This document shows, piece by piece, positions 29,176 through 38,185 of a DNA stretch of 64,000 nt. Position numbers and translations under genes: made by a program. Origin of the DNA: a virus (lineage: Duplodnaviria > Caudoviricetes); the IMG/VR virus record IMGVR_UViG_3300021255_002694; one strand, given 5' to 3'. A model generated the notes under the pieces. It was not told where the DNA came from. It saw only the letters and a program-made list of their open reading frames with translations, and made no database searches. The stretch's first letter is position 1. Each line of letters begins with the position of its first letter.

Positions 29176-29332
29176 GTAAAGAGAAAACAGATTATCTGTA
29201 GAGTGCGCATTATATAGATGATTTGCCAGTATCTAATCCAGATATTCTGGTACGGTGTGTAGTTTTAAGTGTGGTTAAAATGACAGGTGACTGCGTTGGC
29301 GGTTCAACTCCGCCCACATCGTTTCTATTTAC
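29176..29332 (+). ncRNA. structured RNA containing an anticodon-less tRNA-like domain (29253-29322)
   Basis: Acceptor CGGTGTG/CACATCG, D-arm with GG, T-arm GGCGG-TTCAACT-CCGCC; anticodon arm reduced to CAG-GTGA-CTG; two upstream hairpins; 5' and 3' ends complementary. Confidence 0.55.
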
Positions 29333-29461
29333 TATATTTTGAAAGTGAGGAATGTGTGTATGACTGATATCATTAAGCTGAGATGTGGTATTCTTAGTTT
29401 ATCCAACTATTAAATTTAGTGAGTATTGTAATTATCCGGTTTATTTTAAGGAGGGTTGATT

Positions 29462-29773
29462 ATGACGATCTATATTGTTGAAAAATATAATGGTGAAAAT
29501 AGTGGTAATTACTCTTTCATTGCATCCTATATGACATTTGAGGGTGCTTTGAAATGTGTACAATCTGCATATAGAGATCATGTTCATGAAGATAATGTTG
29601 TATACTGTCATTATACAATCCCAAATGATAAGAATGCATGGTCTAATATTATTCACGGACTCCCAGATTCTAGTGAAACTAACTGGTTTCGTGTTTCGTG
29701 CGAATACCGACTGCCTTGGCTCACAGAAGATTCCAGATACATTATCACAAAAACCGACCTGACTGGTGAATGA
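29462..29773 (+). CDS. hypothetical protein
   Basis: GGGAGG RBS. Confidence 0.65.
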   Translation: MTIYIVEKYNGENSGNYSFIASYMTFEGALKCVQSAYRDHVHEDNVVYCHYTIPNDKNAWSNIIHGLPDSSETNWFRVSCEYRLPWLTEDSRYIITKTDLTGE

Positions 29774-29790
29774 TTGAGGGGTGTCACAAC

Positions 29791-30042
29791 ATGAAAGATT
29801 TTATTGGATACATTATCATCATCCGCACATTTAGCGGAGAAACCTATTATGTGAATTCGTATTGTGAAGTACCAACTCTTTATACCTATGTTCATCCTAA
29901 ATATATTAAGATTTTCAAGACAAAACAGGATGCTAAAAAATTTATGGATTTAAACATCAAAACAATTCAGGATGAACTTGATTTTAATTATTTTTACATT
30001 GAGAAAGTTTATCGTTATGAAAACGGTTTGATTGATGTTTGA
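29791..30042 (+). CDS. hypothetical protein
   Basis: GAGGGG RBS. Confidence 0.6.
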   Translation: MKDFIGYIIIIRTFSGETYYVNSYCEVPTLYTYVHPKYIKIFKTKQDAKKFMDLNIKTIQDELDFNYFYIEKVYRYENGLIDV

Positions 30043-30055
30043 GGTGGAATTAAAA

Positions 30056-30583
30056 ATGAAAAATAAGCCTGATCTGAAAGAACTTACAAATCTTCTCACT
30101 AGAACTCGTGAGGAACTTGAATCTGTGACAACAGAATATTTCTGCGTTGCAACTGCTGTTGCGAATAAGAGAGCAGATATTATCTCTAAAGACATGTTCT
30201 ATCTGCTTTTCTACGATGCATGGTTCGATGAACATAGAAACGGTAAATCTGATGATATGAGGAAACTCATTGAAAATGCTGTTGGAAGAGAGGTTAAAAA
30301 CCTTACTTTCGGCAGAACTGAGTGGAATACTCTAAATGTAGATTTTACAGACTCTAAAACAGGCTACAGGTATTCTATTCAGATTCCGGCAGATGTATTT
30401 AGGTGCTGTGATGTTGAATACGATATTGGTGATACAGAAAGACTTATTAACTCTATTGCAATCAAACTGTATAGAGTTGTAGATAACGGCACTATCACAT
30501 ATAACACCATTATCTCTTTCCCGAACAGTGAGTTTGACTGTGGTGTAAGAGATCAGATCAACGGATTTTTCGATTCTATCTGA
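30056..30583 (+). CDS. hypothetical protein, tandem paralog of 30669
   Basis: CVA....K.D.I..DMFY.LF..AW shared. Confidence 0.75.
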   Translation: MKNKPDLKELTNLLTRTREELESVTTEYFCVATAVANKRADIISKDMFYLLFYDAWFDEHRNGKSDDMRKLIENAVGREVKNLTFGRTEWNTLNVDFTDSKTGYRYSIQIPADVFRCCDVEYDIGDTERLINSIAIKLYRVVDNGTITYNTIISFPNSEFDCGVRDQINGFFDSI

Positions 30584-30590
30584 AAAACAC

Positions 30591-30625
30591 TTGACAAATC
30601 TTTACAGATACGGTATACTATATTT
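30591..30625 (+). promoter_or_regulatory. sigmaA-type promoter P8 (palindromic)
   Basis: TTGACA-N17-TATACT-ATATTT; TTGACAAATC / GATTTGTCAA arms. Confidence 0.85.
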
Positions 30626-30668
30626 GTAAGGATTTGTCAAACTTAAAACTTAGAAAGTGAGGATAAAT

Positions 30669-31193
30669 ATGAAGTACAATCTTAATGATCTTATGAAAAA
30701 TCTCTGTGACACAAAGGCTACGATCAAAGACAATACGATTACATTCTACTGTGTTGCAGATAGAATTGTGCGGACAAAGAGTGATCTTATTGAAAACGAT
30801 ATGTTCTACAAGCTGTTTGTTGAAGCATGGAATGAAAGCATCAATGGCAACGATTTTGAAATGATCAAGTTGCTGTCTGATGCTACTGGTAAAACTGTTA
30901 CTGATGTTCAGGCGTACAGCACGGAGCGTGTTGAAAGAAATGTTGATTTCAAGGTTGATTGTGATGAATCGACATATTCTATTGCTGTTCCGATTCTCAG
31001 GAGCAAGAAACCTGTAGATGAGGTTCCGTTTGAGTATGTTGAAAGCTATATTAAATCTTTTGAGATCAGGCTTTACAAAGTAAATGCCGGAAGAACTACT
31101 ACATATGAAAGACTTTCTGCATTTCCGTGTTCTGATTCTGACGCAACTGCAAGAGAGATTATTCGTTACTGGTTTGCTGCAAATAACAGCTAA
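30669..31193 (+). CDS. hypothetical protein, tandem paralog of 30056
   Basis: GAAAGTGAGG RBS; see 30056. Confidence 0.75.
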   Translation: MKYNLNDLMKNLCDTKATIKDNTITFYCVADRIVRTKSDLIENDMFYKLFVEAWNESINGNDFEMIKLLSDATGKTVTDVQAYSTERVERNVDFKVDCDESTYSIAVPILRSKKPVDEVPFEYVESYIKSFEIRLYKVNAGRTTTYERLSAFPCSDSDATAREIIRYWFAANNS

Positions 31194-31238
31194 CATCACG
31201 TAATCACTAAATTAAAATAATTTTTTTTTCAAAAACAC

Positions 31239-31273
31239 TTGACAAATTACTTGAAATATGGTATACTATATTT
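31239..31273 (+). promoter_or_regulatory. sigmaA-type promoter P9
   Basis: TTGACA-N17-TATACT-ATATTT. Confidence 0.85.
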
Positions 31274-31319
31274 ACAAGGTTAAGTCAAGCCTAAAATTTA
31301 GAAAGTGAGGATAATAATT

Positions 31320-31574
31320 ATGAAGAAGCAGTTTTCTTATGAACTCATCTACACGGACAATTATGAGGTATATACTTATATTGACGGAGTTGTTGAAGGC
31401 TCTGAGATTGTTTCTTACTATGAACTTTCCGGATACATTGAAAGACTTGAAAATGAAGGATATGAGTTCTGCTATTCGGATGCAGAATTCGCAAGAGTTC
31501 AGTCCGAACTCTCCCGTCTGACCGCTCTGATGGAGGACATTCAGCGTAACAGACTCTACCACAAGGAATCTTGA
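31320..31574 (+). CDS. hypothetical early protein
   Basis: GAAAGTGAGG RBS. Confidence 0.7.
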   Translation: MKKQFSYELIYTDNYEVYTYIDGVVEGSEIVSYYELSGYIERLENEGYEFCYSDAEFARVQSELSRLTALMEDIQRNRLYHKES

Positions 31575-31613
31575 TTAAAACAACTTGATAAAATAGTGAA
31601 AGTGAGGTATATT

Positions 31614-32177
31614 ATGGGAATTGATACTTATGGAAAGATTAAAGGTTACATTTCTCCGGAACAGATCGCACAGACGATCAAAGACAAGTTTTGTGTTGAA
31701 GTTACTGTAGATGTACATAAGCATGTACACGAAAAACTGGATGATCTTGATTGGACATTCAGAAATTATGGTGACAGCGATTACTGGTGGGACGAATTCG
31801 GATACATTGAATTTGAACTCAATGGTGAAAAGAGAAGCCTGTTCTATTCCTACAGCAATATCAATACATATGATAACATTGATTATTATGTAAGAAATTT
31901 TCCTGACAGACCTGATCTCAAAGAGATGGTAAAGTCTGAAAAGACTCACATCGGTCTTGGATGTTGGGGTGCTTCTGTCAGAATTATTGAAACAATCGTT
32001 TCCGCTTTCGGCGGATGGGTTGACGATAATGATTGTGATAGCATTCCGTACCGTAAGATCGAAAAGGATACACCTTCCATTTGGGATATCTCTGGTGAAT
32101 ATAATAATCATACATATAAGACAGACTGTTCGACAGATGCACCTATTTATAGAGGGATGCCGGAATACGATGATTGA
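31614..32177 (+). CDS. hypothetical early protein
   Basis: GAAAGTGAGG RBS. Confidence 0.75.
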   Translation: MGIDTYGKIKGYISPEQIAQTIKDKFCVEVTVDVHKHVHEKLDDLDWTFRNYGDSDYWWDEFGYIEFELNGEKRSLFYSYSNINTYDNIDYYVRNFPDRPDLKEMVKSEKTHIGLGCWGASVRIIETIVSAFGGWVDDNDCDSIPYRKIEKDTPSIWDISGEYNNHTYKTDCSTDAPIYRGMPEYDD

Positions 32178-32272
32178 GGGGTAATAGATATGTTTAAGCT
32201 AATAGGCTTTATCGTTATTTTCAAGATCAATGAATAAAACACACTAAAAAATATAACTATTCATAACTATAA

Positions 32273-32303
32273 TCAATGTGGTAAGTGTATCTTATCACAT
32301 TGA
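32273..32303 (+). promoter_or_regulatory. hairpin preceding tagged-gene cassette 2
   Basis: TCAATGTGGTAAG-TGTAT-CTTATCACATTGA. Confidence 0.55.
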
Positions 32304-32326
32304 ATTTTTATATGGCGGTGAGAGTA

Positions 32327-32623
32327 ATGGTAAAACTAAATGAAGCATTCATGGAAACAGATAATGGTACAATAAGAGAATATCTTGATACTATGGATGA
32401 TATAAAAAGAATGCTTGGTGATACTGATTGGGATTTTGATTCTGTTATGAGTGAAGATGCTGTAGCTATTCTTGAAGATATGGCAAATTCAGATCGCGGA
32501 ATTGTAAAACTTGGAAAAGTCATTCAATCTGCTAAGAATATGAAAAATGCTATTGAGGATGCTAATTTTGAACTTGATGGTATTTATGAATTACTTGCAG
32601 ATTGGGGCAATTTAGGACTTTGA
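32327..32623 (+). CDS. tagged protein variant (MVKLNE)
   Basis: GGCGGTGA RBS; first gene of cassette 2. Confidence 0.6.
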   Translation: MVKLNEAFMETDNGTIREYLDTMDDIKRMLGDTDWDFDSVMSEDAVAILEDMANSDRGIVKLGKVIQSAKNMKNAIEDANFELDGIYELLADWGNLGL

Positions 32624-32633
32624 GGATGATCTT

Positions 32634-33053
32634 ATGAAACTAATGATATGTGAAAATAGTTTCTCTAAAAGAGAGATCAGCGATCAGGTAAAAGATTACA
32701 TGGAGCGTTTCTGTGATTCAGTTGAATTAGCTTTTAGTGATAATCCTGAGAAGTTTGGTATTGAGGATGAAAGCGAAGAATATTATATCTTTGCAAATGC
32801 AATTAGAAAGCAACTTTCTCCAATGCTTAAATTGATTGGAAAATCAATAAGCTACGATAGGAACATGAAAATTCCAAGACGATTATCAGATAAAGTTAAA
32901 GAATATTTATCCGGAAAACTGTACGATGCTTTGGAACTAAGTGACTATGATCTTGATAGATATGAACTAGAGCCTGATACTGATAAATATGATTATTTTT
33001 GTTCTCAGCTTAATAAGTATATAAAGTCCATGCTGAGATATATTGAAAGATAA
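32634..33053 (+). CDS. MKLxIxE-tagged protein
   Basis: Starts MKLMICEN. Confidence 0.7.
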   Translation: MKLMICENSFSKREISDQVKDYMERFCDSVELAFSDNPEKFGIEDESEEYYIFANAIRKQLSPMLKLIGKSISYDRNMKIPRRLSDKVKEYLSGKLYDALELSDYDLDRYELEPDTDKYDYFCSQLNKYIKSMLRYIER

Positions 33054-33071
33054 GAAAGGAATTGATTACTA

Positions 33072-33599
33072 ATGAGACTTATGATAAAGGAAGATGATAG
33101 TCACATTCCAGATAAAAGCAAATATATACTGTATACTAGAGACAGTATATCAGAGTTTGATAATTATGAAGATGCTGTTGATGCATATAAATCTTTTCAC
33201 GGAGAAAAATTTTTATATCAACCAGATAAGAGGTACTTCGCTGTAACCATTTCATCAACTGGATTTGAAAGTGGTAGGAAAACTACATCAAAAGTGCATG
33301 TTATATTTATTGCAAAAAACTTAAATCAGATTAAAAAATTCTTATTAAATGATGTTGATTGGCATTATCCTGGGTATAATCCATTAGATTATAGTAAGTA
33401 TCGTGTATATATTGGTGGTTATGGTTCAAAACCTGTTTGCAGTGATATTGATTGGGAAGGGTTCAATAATGAAATTCGTGGATATTTACAAGGTATTTTA
33501 TATCCACGATATCTTGAAAAAGATTTTGGAGTTATTGATGTATCTTCTCCACCAAGCGGAATACAAGGTGCAAATGATATGCCGTTTAAGTATTGGTAA
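33072..33599 (+). CDS. MKLxIxE-tagged protein
   Basis: Starts MRLMIKED. Confidence 0.7.
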   Translation: MRLMIKEDDSHIPDKSKYILYTRDSISEFDNYEDAVDAYKSFHGEKFLYQPDKRYFAVTISSTGFESGRKTTSKVHVIFIAKNLNQIKKFLLNDVDWHYPGYNPLDYSKYRVYIGGYGSKPVCSDIDWEGFNNEIRGYLQGILYPRYLEKDFGVIDVSSPPSGIQGANDMPFKYW

Positions 33600-33619
33600 T
33601 TTGAAAGTAGTATCTTAGC

Positions 33620-33741
33620 ATGAAACTTAGAATTTGTGAATCAGATATGAAATTGAAGTTGAAGCAGATCAGTATGACTATTTCTGTTCACAAGTTCATA
33701 GATATGTTAAATCTATGTTAAGTTAAATTGAAAAAAAATAA
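33620..33741 (+). pseudogene. internally deleted, frameshifted paralog of 32634
   Basis: MKLRICES tag followed in shifted frame by RYEIEVEADQYDYFCSQVHRYVKSMLS*IEKK, matching the 32634 C-terminus RYELEPDTDKYDYFCSQLNKYIKSMLRYIER. Confidence 0.75.
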
Positions 33742-33756
33742 ACTGGGGTGTTTTGA

Positions 33757-34002
33757 ATGAAACTTATGATAAGAGAATCATCTTTTATGGAAGATGATTG
33801 GTCTACAGAGATTGGAAATTATGTAATTTCAATGTCTTGGAATAGTAATTCTCGTGGCGGTTCATATTCAGTTGAAGTATGTGAAAAACAGTCAGATGGT
33901 CTATGTGGCTATCCACTATATAAAAATACATATGCAACAGAAGAACAAGCCAGAAGAATGTATAAGAAAAGAATTAAACAAGCTGAGAGAGGGGAAATCT
34001 AA
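33757..34002 (+). CDS. MKLxIxE-tagged protein
   Basis: Starts MKLMIRES. Confidence 0.7.
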   Translation: MKLMIRESSFMEDDWSTEIGNYVISMSWNSNSRGGSYSVEVCEKQSDGLCGYPLYKNTYATEEQARRMYKKRIKQAERGEI

Positions 34003-34003
34003 G

Positions 34004-34402
34004 ATGAAACTAACAATTAGAGAAGAATTTGATGGCGATGAATACCGTGATTCAGACGGATATCTAACAGAAGATCATGCAGATTATCTTGAATGTCAAA
34101 TAACACTTACGGTTGCAACATTTACAGAAGATGTAAGAATAATTAGAGAGTATATTATTGATGAAGTTCTGCATTCTCGTGATTGCAATAGAATTTCTCT
34201 GCATGACTATAAGTTAATTGAAAGAAATAATGAACTTGTTAGTCTTGATGGCGATCCGTATATGTTTGATGGTCAGGGTGTTGTTGATCTAGTTGTAAGA
34301 TTCTCTGTTGATGATAACGGTGAATATGACTTTAATGAATACGGATTTGACGAAGCTATTGAAGAAATACAAAGATATTTACGTGGTGAAAGGTTTGTGT
34401 AA
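34004..34402 (+). CDS. MKLxIxE-tagged protein
   Basis: True start MKLTIREE at 34004 (ORF track extends to 33854). Confidence 0.7.
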   Translation: MKLTIREEFDGDEYRDSDGYLTEDHADYLECQITLTVATFTEDVRIIREYIIDEVLHSRDCNRISLHDYKLIERNNELVSLDGDPYMFDGQGVVDLVVRFSVDDNGEYDFNEYGFDEAIEEIQRYLRGERFV

Positions 34403-34404
34403 TT

Positions 34405-35073
34405 ATGAAACTATTTATTGAAGAAGTAGATACTCTTGATTGGGTTGGAAAAGAGTATAAAGTTGGAATGGCAAAATATAATGCTGATGTAACATTTAAG
34501 CGCGGTGGGATTACATACTTTATTGAGTTCCTTGATCCATACGGTTCTAATATGCTTGCTAAGTGGTGGGATAATTCTGATAATGGTGTAGGATATAACA
34601 ATCAGGGTTATGTGTTTGTTGATAATCCGTTTAACCGGATGACTGGTTATTTCTCTCCTGAGAACATTGACGAGTACATTAAAGTTGATTCTGATTATGG
34701 CAGAAAACCATCAATGTCAATCCAAAGAATTCTCATAGATAAAGTAAAAAGACAGCTTGACTACGATGCTCTCAATGATGTAAAAAGCACATATAGGGGA
34801 GAATCATACAATAGAAAAACATCAAGCAGAAGAATAACAGAAGCTAGGCGTGGACTGTTGACACAGGAAGAATATGATTACTGGTTCAATGTTGGATTAA
34901 ATGCGTTTGAAAATGGAGATAAGGCTGTTCCAGCACATAGTAAAGAGATCAGAGATTATATGAAAGAAAACCCATCCATGATAGGATCAAAAGAATCAAA
35001 GAAAACAGATAAAATCATTAAGGCATGGATTGATGGCTGGACATATGGAAATCTTAAAGTAGATATTGACTAA
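34405..35073 (+). CDS. MKLxIxE-tagged protein
   Basis: Starts MKLFIEE. Confidence 0.7.
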   Translation: MKLFIEEVDTLDWVGKEYKVGMAKYNADVTFKRGGITYFIEFLDPYGSNMLAKWWDNSDNGVGYNNQGYVFVDNPFNRMTGYFSPENIDEYIKVDSDYGRKPSMSIQRILIDKVKRQLDYDALNDVKSTYRGESYNRKTSSRRITEARRGLLTQEEYDYWFNVGLNAFENGDKAVPAHSKEIRDYMKENPSMIGSKESKKTDKIIKAWIDGWTYGNLKVDID

Positions 35074-35098
35074 TTTCGATGATCGGAGATGCTTATAT

Positions 35099-35686
35099 AT
35101 GAAATTAAATATTACAGAAAAAACATCAAATGCAGATATTCTTGATTCTATTGAAGCAAATGCAAAAGCAATTCTTGATAAAGTAGAATCTATCAGAAAA
35201 GGTGGACTTGATGATTATAATTCAAGTATTTTGAAGAAACAGAAAAAGGCTTTGATAGACGTTAATTCCGCACTTAGTAATGTTGCTTCTTATGCTTCTG
35301 CATATACAAAAGAGGACTATGGAAGAATGTGCAAGAAGTCTGTTACTGAGGGTGATGCATCTAAAAAGACGAATTACGCTGTTATGGTAAGAAATATGAG
35401 TAAAGGAACATATAATCTTTACACTGGGACTAAAGCAAAGTGTGAAGAATTACTTGACGTTCTTGAATCACTTGAATCTCTTGCGACTGAGTGTGAAGAT
35501 GAAGATGAATATTGTTGGGAAGAAGCATATGCTATTGATCTAATGGATGACTATGGATGCATTGAAGAAATATACTATAGAATGATTGATGAAAATGATA
35601 ACTACAATCTTGCAAACCACTACGGTGATTATGGTCAAATTGTTCACATTATAAATGCTGATGCTCCTGTTGATCTATACCTATAA
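35099..35686 (+). CDS. MKLxIxE-tagged protein
   Basis: True start MKLNITEK at 35099, GGAG RBS. Confidence 0.7.
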   Translation: MKLNITEKTSNADILDSIEANAKAILDKVESIRKGGLDDYNSSILKKQKKALIDVNSALSNVASYASAYTKEDYGRMCKKSVTEGDASKKTNYAVMVRNMSKGTYNLYTGTKAKCEELLDVLESLESLATECEDEDEYCWEEAYAIDLMDDYGCIEEIYYRMIDENDNYNLANHYGDYGQIVHIINADAPVDLYL

Positions 35687-35702
35687 TGTAATTTGTTTAT
35701 AT

Positions 35703-35743
35703 AATACAAAAACTCCGGTACTATATGCCGGAGTTTTTGTATT
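35703..35743 (+). terminator. intrinsic terminator
   Basis: ATACAAAAACTCCGG / CCGGAGTTTTTGTAT. Confidence 0.8.
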
Positions 35744-35752
35744 TACTCATAA

Positions 35753-35787
35753 TTGACAAATCATCGTTTTAATGGTATACTATGTTT
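35753..35787 (+). promoter_or_regulatory. sigmaA-type promoter P10
   Basis: TTGACA-N17-TATACT-ATGTTT. Confidence 0.8.
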
Positions 35788-35799
35788 AGGGGTGATTAT

Positions 35800-36123
35800 A
35801 TGAAATATATCGAATGCGGTGATAGCTTTAAGGATATTTGTAAATTTGATGTTGGTTTGCTTCTACAGCAGATTGATAGATTGAATACATATAATTCTTC
35901 AATTATTCCGGAAAATTTTATAGATCATAAGCATGAGAATTATTCTTTGAAAGACTATGCTGTAAAGTTTGACCGTGATAGGCTTGATTCACTTATTGAT
36001 ACACTATTTGCTAACATTGAACCAGAGTTTGTTCCACCTGAACCAGAGTCGGTTTTAAGGTTCTACGAGGAAGTCTATAGAAAATATGGAGATGCATGTG
36101 ATGAAGAACTCGAATCTAACTAA
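35800..36123 (+). CDS. hypothetical protein
   Basis: First gene after P10. Confidence 0.65.
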   Translation: MKYIECGDSFKDICKFDVGLLLQQIDRLNTYNSSIIPENFIDHKHENYSLKDYAVKFDRDRLDSLIDTLFANIEPEFVPPEPESVLRFYEEVYRKYGDACDEELESN

Positions 36124-36343
36124 ATTAGATGATCTTTGTCAGCAACTATCTGTTGTAATGACTACAAAGCTAAATAGAGTTTCTTATGAAATCATGGAAA
36201 ATGACACGTATAAGATTGTAGCTGTTGATTCAAACGGGTTGATTGAGTGCGATTTATCTAATCCGGTTGATTATAAAACTGCATGTGAATTGTTGAGAAC
36301 AGCGATCAACGCTGTAAATTTATCATATAAAGTGAGGTACTAA
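36101..36343 (+). CDS. hypothetical protein
   Basis: GGAG RBS. Confidence 0.55.
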   Translation: MKNSNLTKLDDLCQQLSVVMTTKLNRVSYEIMENDTYKIVAVDSNGLIECDLSNPVDYKTACELLRTAINAVNLSYKVRY

Positions 36344-36345
36344 CT

Positions 36346-36825
36346 ATGCATAACTTTAAGGAATCTTTTACCACTGATAATGCAATTATCGAACAGTGGA
36401 TGCGTGATATGTGCATCAAGTTTGATAATGATAGAAGCGTTGAACTGCATGTTCAGCCGAGAGGAAATAGAATCTTGTGCTATGTTCTAAACACGCATAA
36501 TGGAAAAACATTTAGATGCATTGTTCCGCAGTATATGAGTACATATGGAATTGCACGATGCTATGCCCGTTCTATCGGGCAAAAAGTAAAGACACTTGTA
36601 ACACAAGTTAGCATGGAGACTGCGTTTCAAAATCATGAATTTATTTGCAGACCTATTTATTATGTGACAAATGCTGCCGGAGTAACACGCACAGAACTCG
36701 GAAAATATAAATTATATTGCGGTGATGATGCAAAGCAGATTGCAGAAGATGCTCTAAATCTAAATACATTGTCAGATAATAATACGAAATTTTATATCAA
36801 AACAACACATATTTATGATCTGTAA
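36346..36825 (+). CDS. hypothetical protein
   Basis: AAAGTGAGG RBS. Confidence 0.7.
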   Translation: MHNFKESFTTDNAIIEQWMRDMCIKFDNDRSVELHVQPRGNRILCYVLNTHNGKTFRCIVPQYMSTYGIARCYARSIGQKVKTLVTQVSMETAFQNHEFICRPIYYVTNAAGVTRTELGKYKLYCGDDAKQIAEDALNLNTLSDNNTKFYIKTTHIYDL

Positions 36826-37193
36826 AGGTGGATGTATGTATGACGTTCAAGGAATATGTTGATGGTGTAAACAGGATGCTTGAAGAACATCCTGAGTACA
36901 GTGACATGGAAATGGAGCAAACAGAACGATGGGACGATGAAGAAGTTTGTTTGCCTTGGCACAAAGATGATGATAAATACTACAGCAGTAATAAGATATA
37001 TGTTTGAATGAAAGGATTGCACAAAAAATGAAATCTAAACTTTTTGTTATGAGAACTGTTTTTCAAGTTCCGGAGAATACTGATCCGGATACATTTATTT
37101 CAAATGTTGCAGACGCACTGGATGAAATGCTTGGTGAATCTCCAATCACATATTGTTTCCAGTTCGGAGTTGAAGATAGCGAGGATGAGATTG

Positions 37194-37520
37194 ATGTACA
37201 AGATCAAGGATGATGAATACTACGAGAACATGTCTGAATCTCTAAAAGAACTTATTTATCCAGTTCTTACAGAGACTATGGTTACTGAAAGGCTTAATGA
37301 AGTTGCGTGGATCAAAAACAAAACAACATCTGTATTTCTACCGTTTACAGGTTATGCTAATATCGGAGAATTAACAGTAGCTTATGCAAAACAAAAAGGA
37401 ACTTACAAAGAATTGTTTGATGAAGTAGTAGACGATATTATTTTAGAAATCGAAGATACACTCAAACATGCAACAGAGGTTTCTATGTACCATGAAAAAT
37501 TTACAATCACAAAGGAGTAA
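37194..37520 (+). CDS. hypothetical protein
   Basis: ORF in operon. Confidence 0.6.
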   Translation: MYKIKDDEYYENMSESLKELIYPVLTETMVTERLNEVAWIKNKTTSVFLPFTGYANIGELTVAYAKQKGTYKELFDEVVDDIILEIEDTLKHATEVSMYHEKFTITKE

Positions 37521-37526
37521 TTAAAC

Positions 37527-38078
37527 ATGTCTATATATCTAACAAGTGACACACATTTTTGTCACGATAAACCGTTTATATACGAGCCAAGAGGGTTTTC
37601 AAGTATTCAGGAAATGAATGAAACATTGATTAAAAACTGGAATGAAACTGTATCAAAAAATGATATTGTATATGTTCTCGGAGATTTCTTTTTAGGAACT
37701 GATTACGATTTTATTAAAAATACAGTAGAGAATCTTAACGGTAATATTTATTTGATCCTAGGCAATCATGACACAAATGCAAAATGGGAACTCTATACAA
37801 CGCTTTCAAAAATTTTATCTGTTAAATTTGCTGACATTATTGTTTACAAGAAAAGACAGTTTTACATGAGTCATTATCCAACACTTACAGCAACATTACA
37901 GTCTAACCAAGAGAAAGCAATATTCAATCTTTTCGGGCATACACACAGTAAGGATAAGTTTTATGAAAACAGTCCTTATATGTACAATGTTGCTGTAGAT
38001 GCCAATGACAATGCTCCGGTATCTATTGACTTTATATACGATTCGATCATGATGAAGATTTCCGAAACAGTTGTTTAA
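37527..38078 (+). CDS. calcineurin-like metallophosphoesterase
   Basis: SDTHF, LGDF, GNHD, SHYP, GHTH motifs. Confidence 0.9.
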   Translation: MSIYLTSDTHFCHDKPFIYEPRGFSSIQEMNETLIKNWNETVSKNDIVYVLGDFFLGTDYDFIKNTVENLNGNIYLILGNHDTNAKWELYTTLSKILSVKFADIIVYKKRQFYMSHYPTLTATLQSNQEKAIFNLFGHTHSKDKFYENSPYMYNVAVDANDNAPVSIDFIYDSIMMKISETVV

Positions 38079-38150
38079 TATATACAAAATAACATATTAT
38101 AAATTCAAGTAGTTTGTGAATTTTTATTTCAAAAATATTTCGCAAACTAC

Positions 38151-38185
38151 TTGACTTTTTACAATAAATGTGTTATACTATATTT
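38151..38185 (+). promoter_or_regulatory. sigmaA-type promoter P11, -35 overlapped by hairpin 38105-38154
   Basis: TTGACT-N17-TATACT-ATATTT; TCAAGTAGTTTG / CAAACTACTTGA. Confidence 0.85.

Noticed and set aside
29253-29322. Canonical tRNA gene
   Set aside because: No 7-nt anticodon loop (about 7 nt short) and no CCA; reported as a tRNA-like ncRNA instead.
33854-34003. N-terminal extension of ORF 33854-34402
   Set aside because: It overlaps gene 33757 in another frame; the true start is the tagged ATG at 34004.
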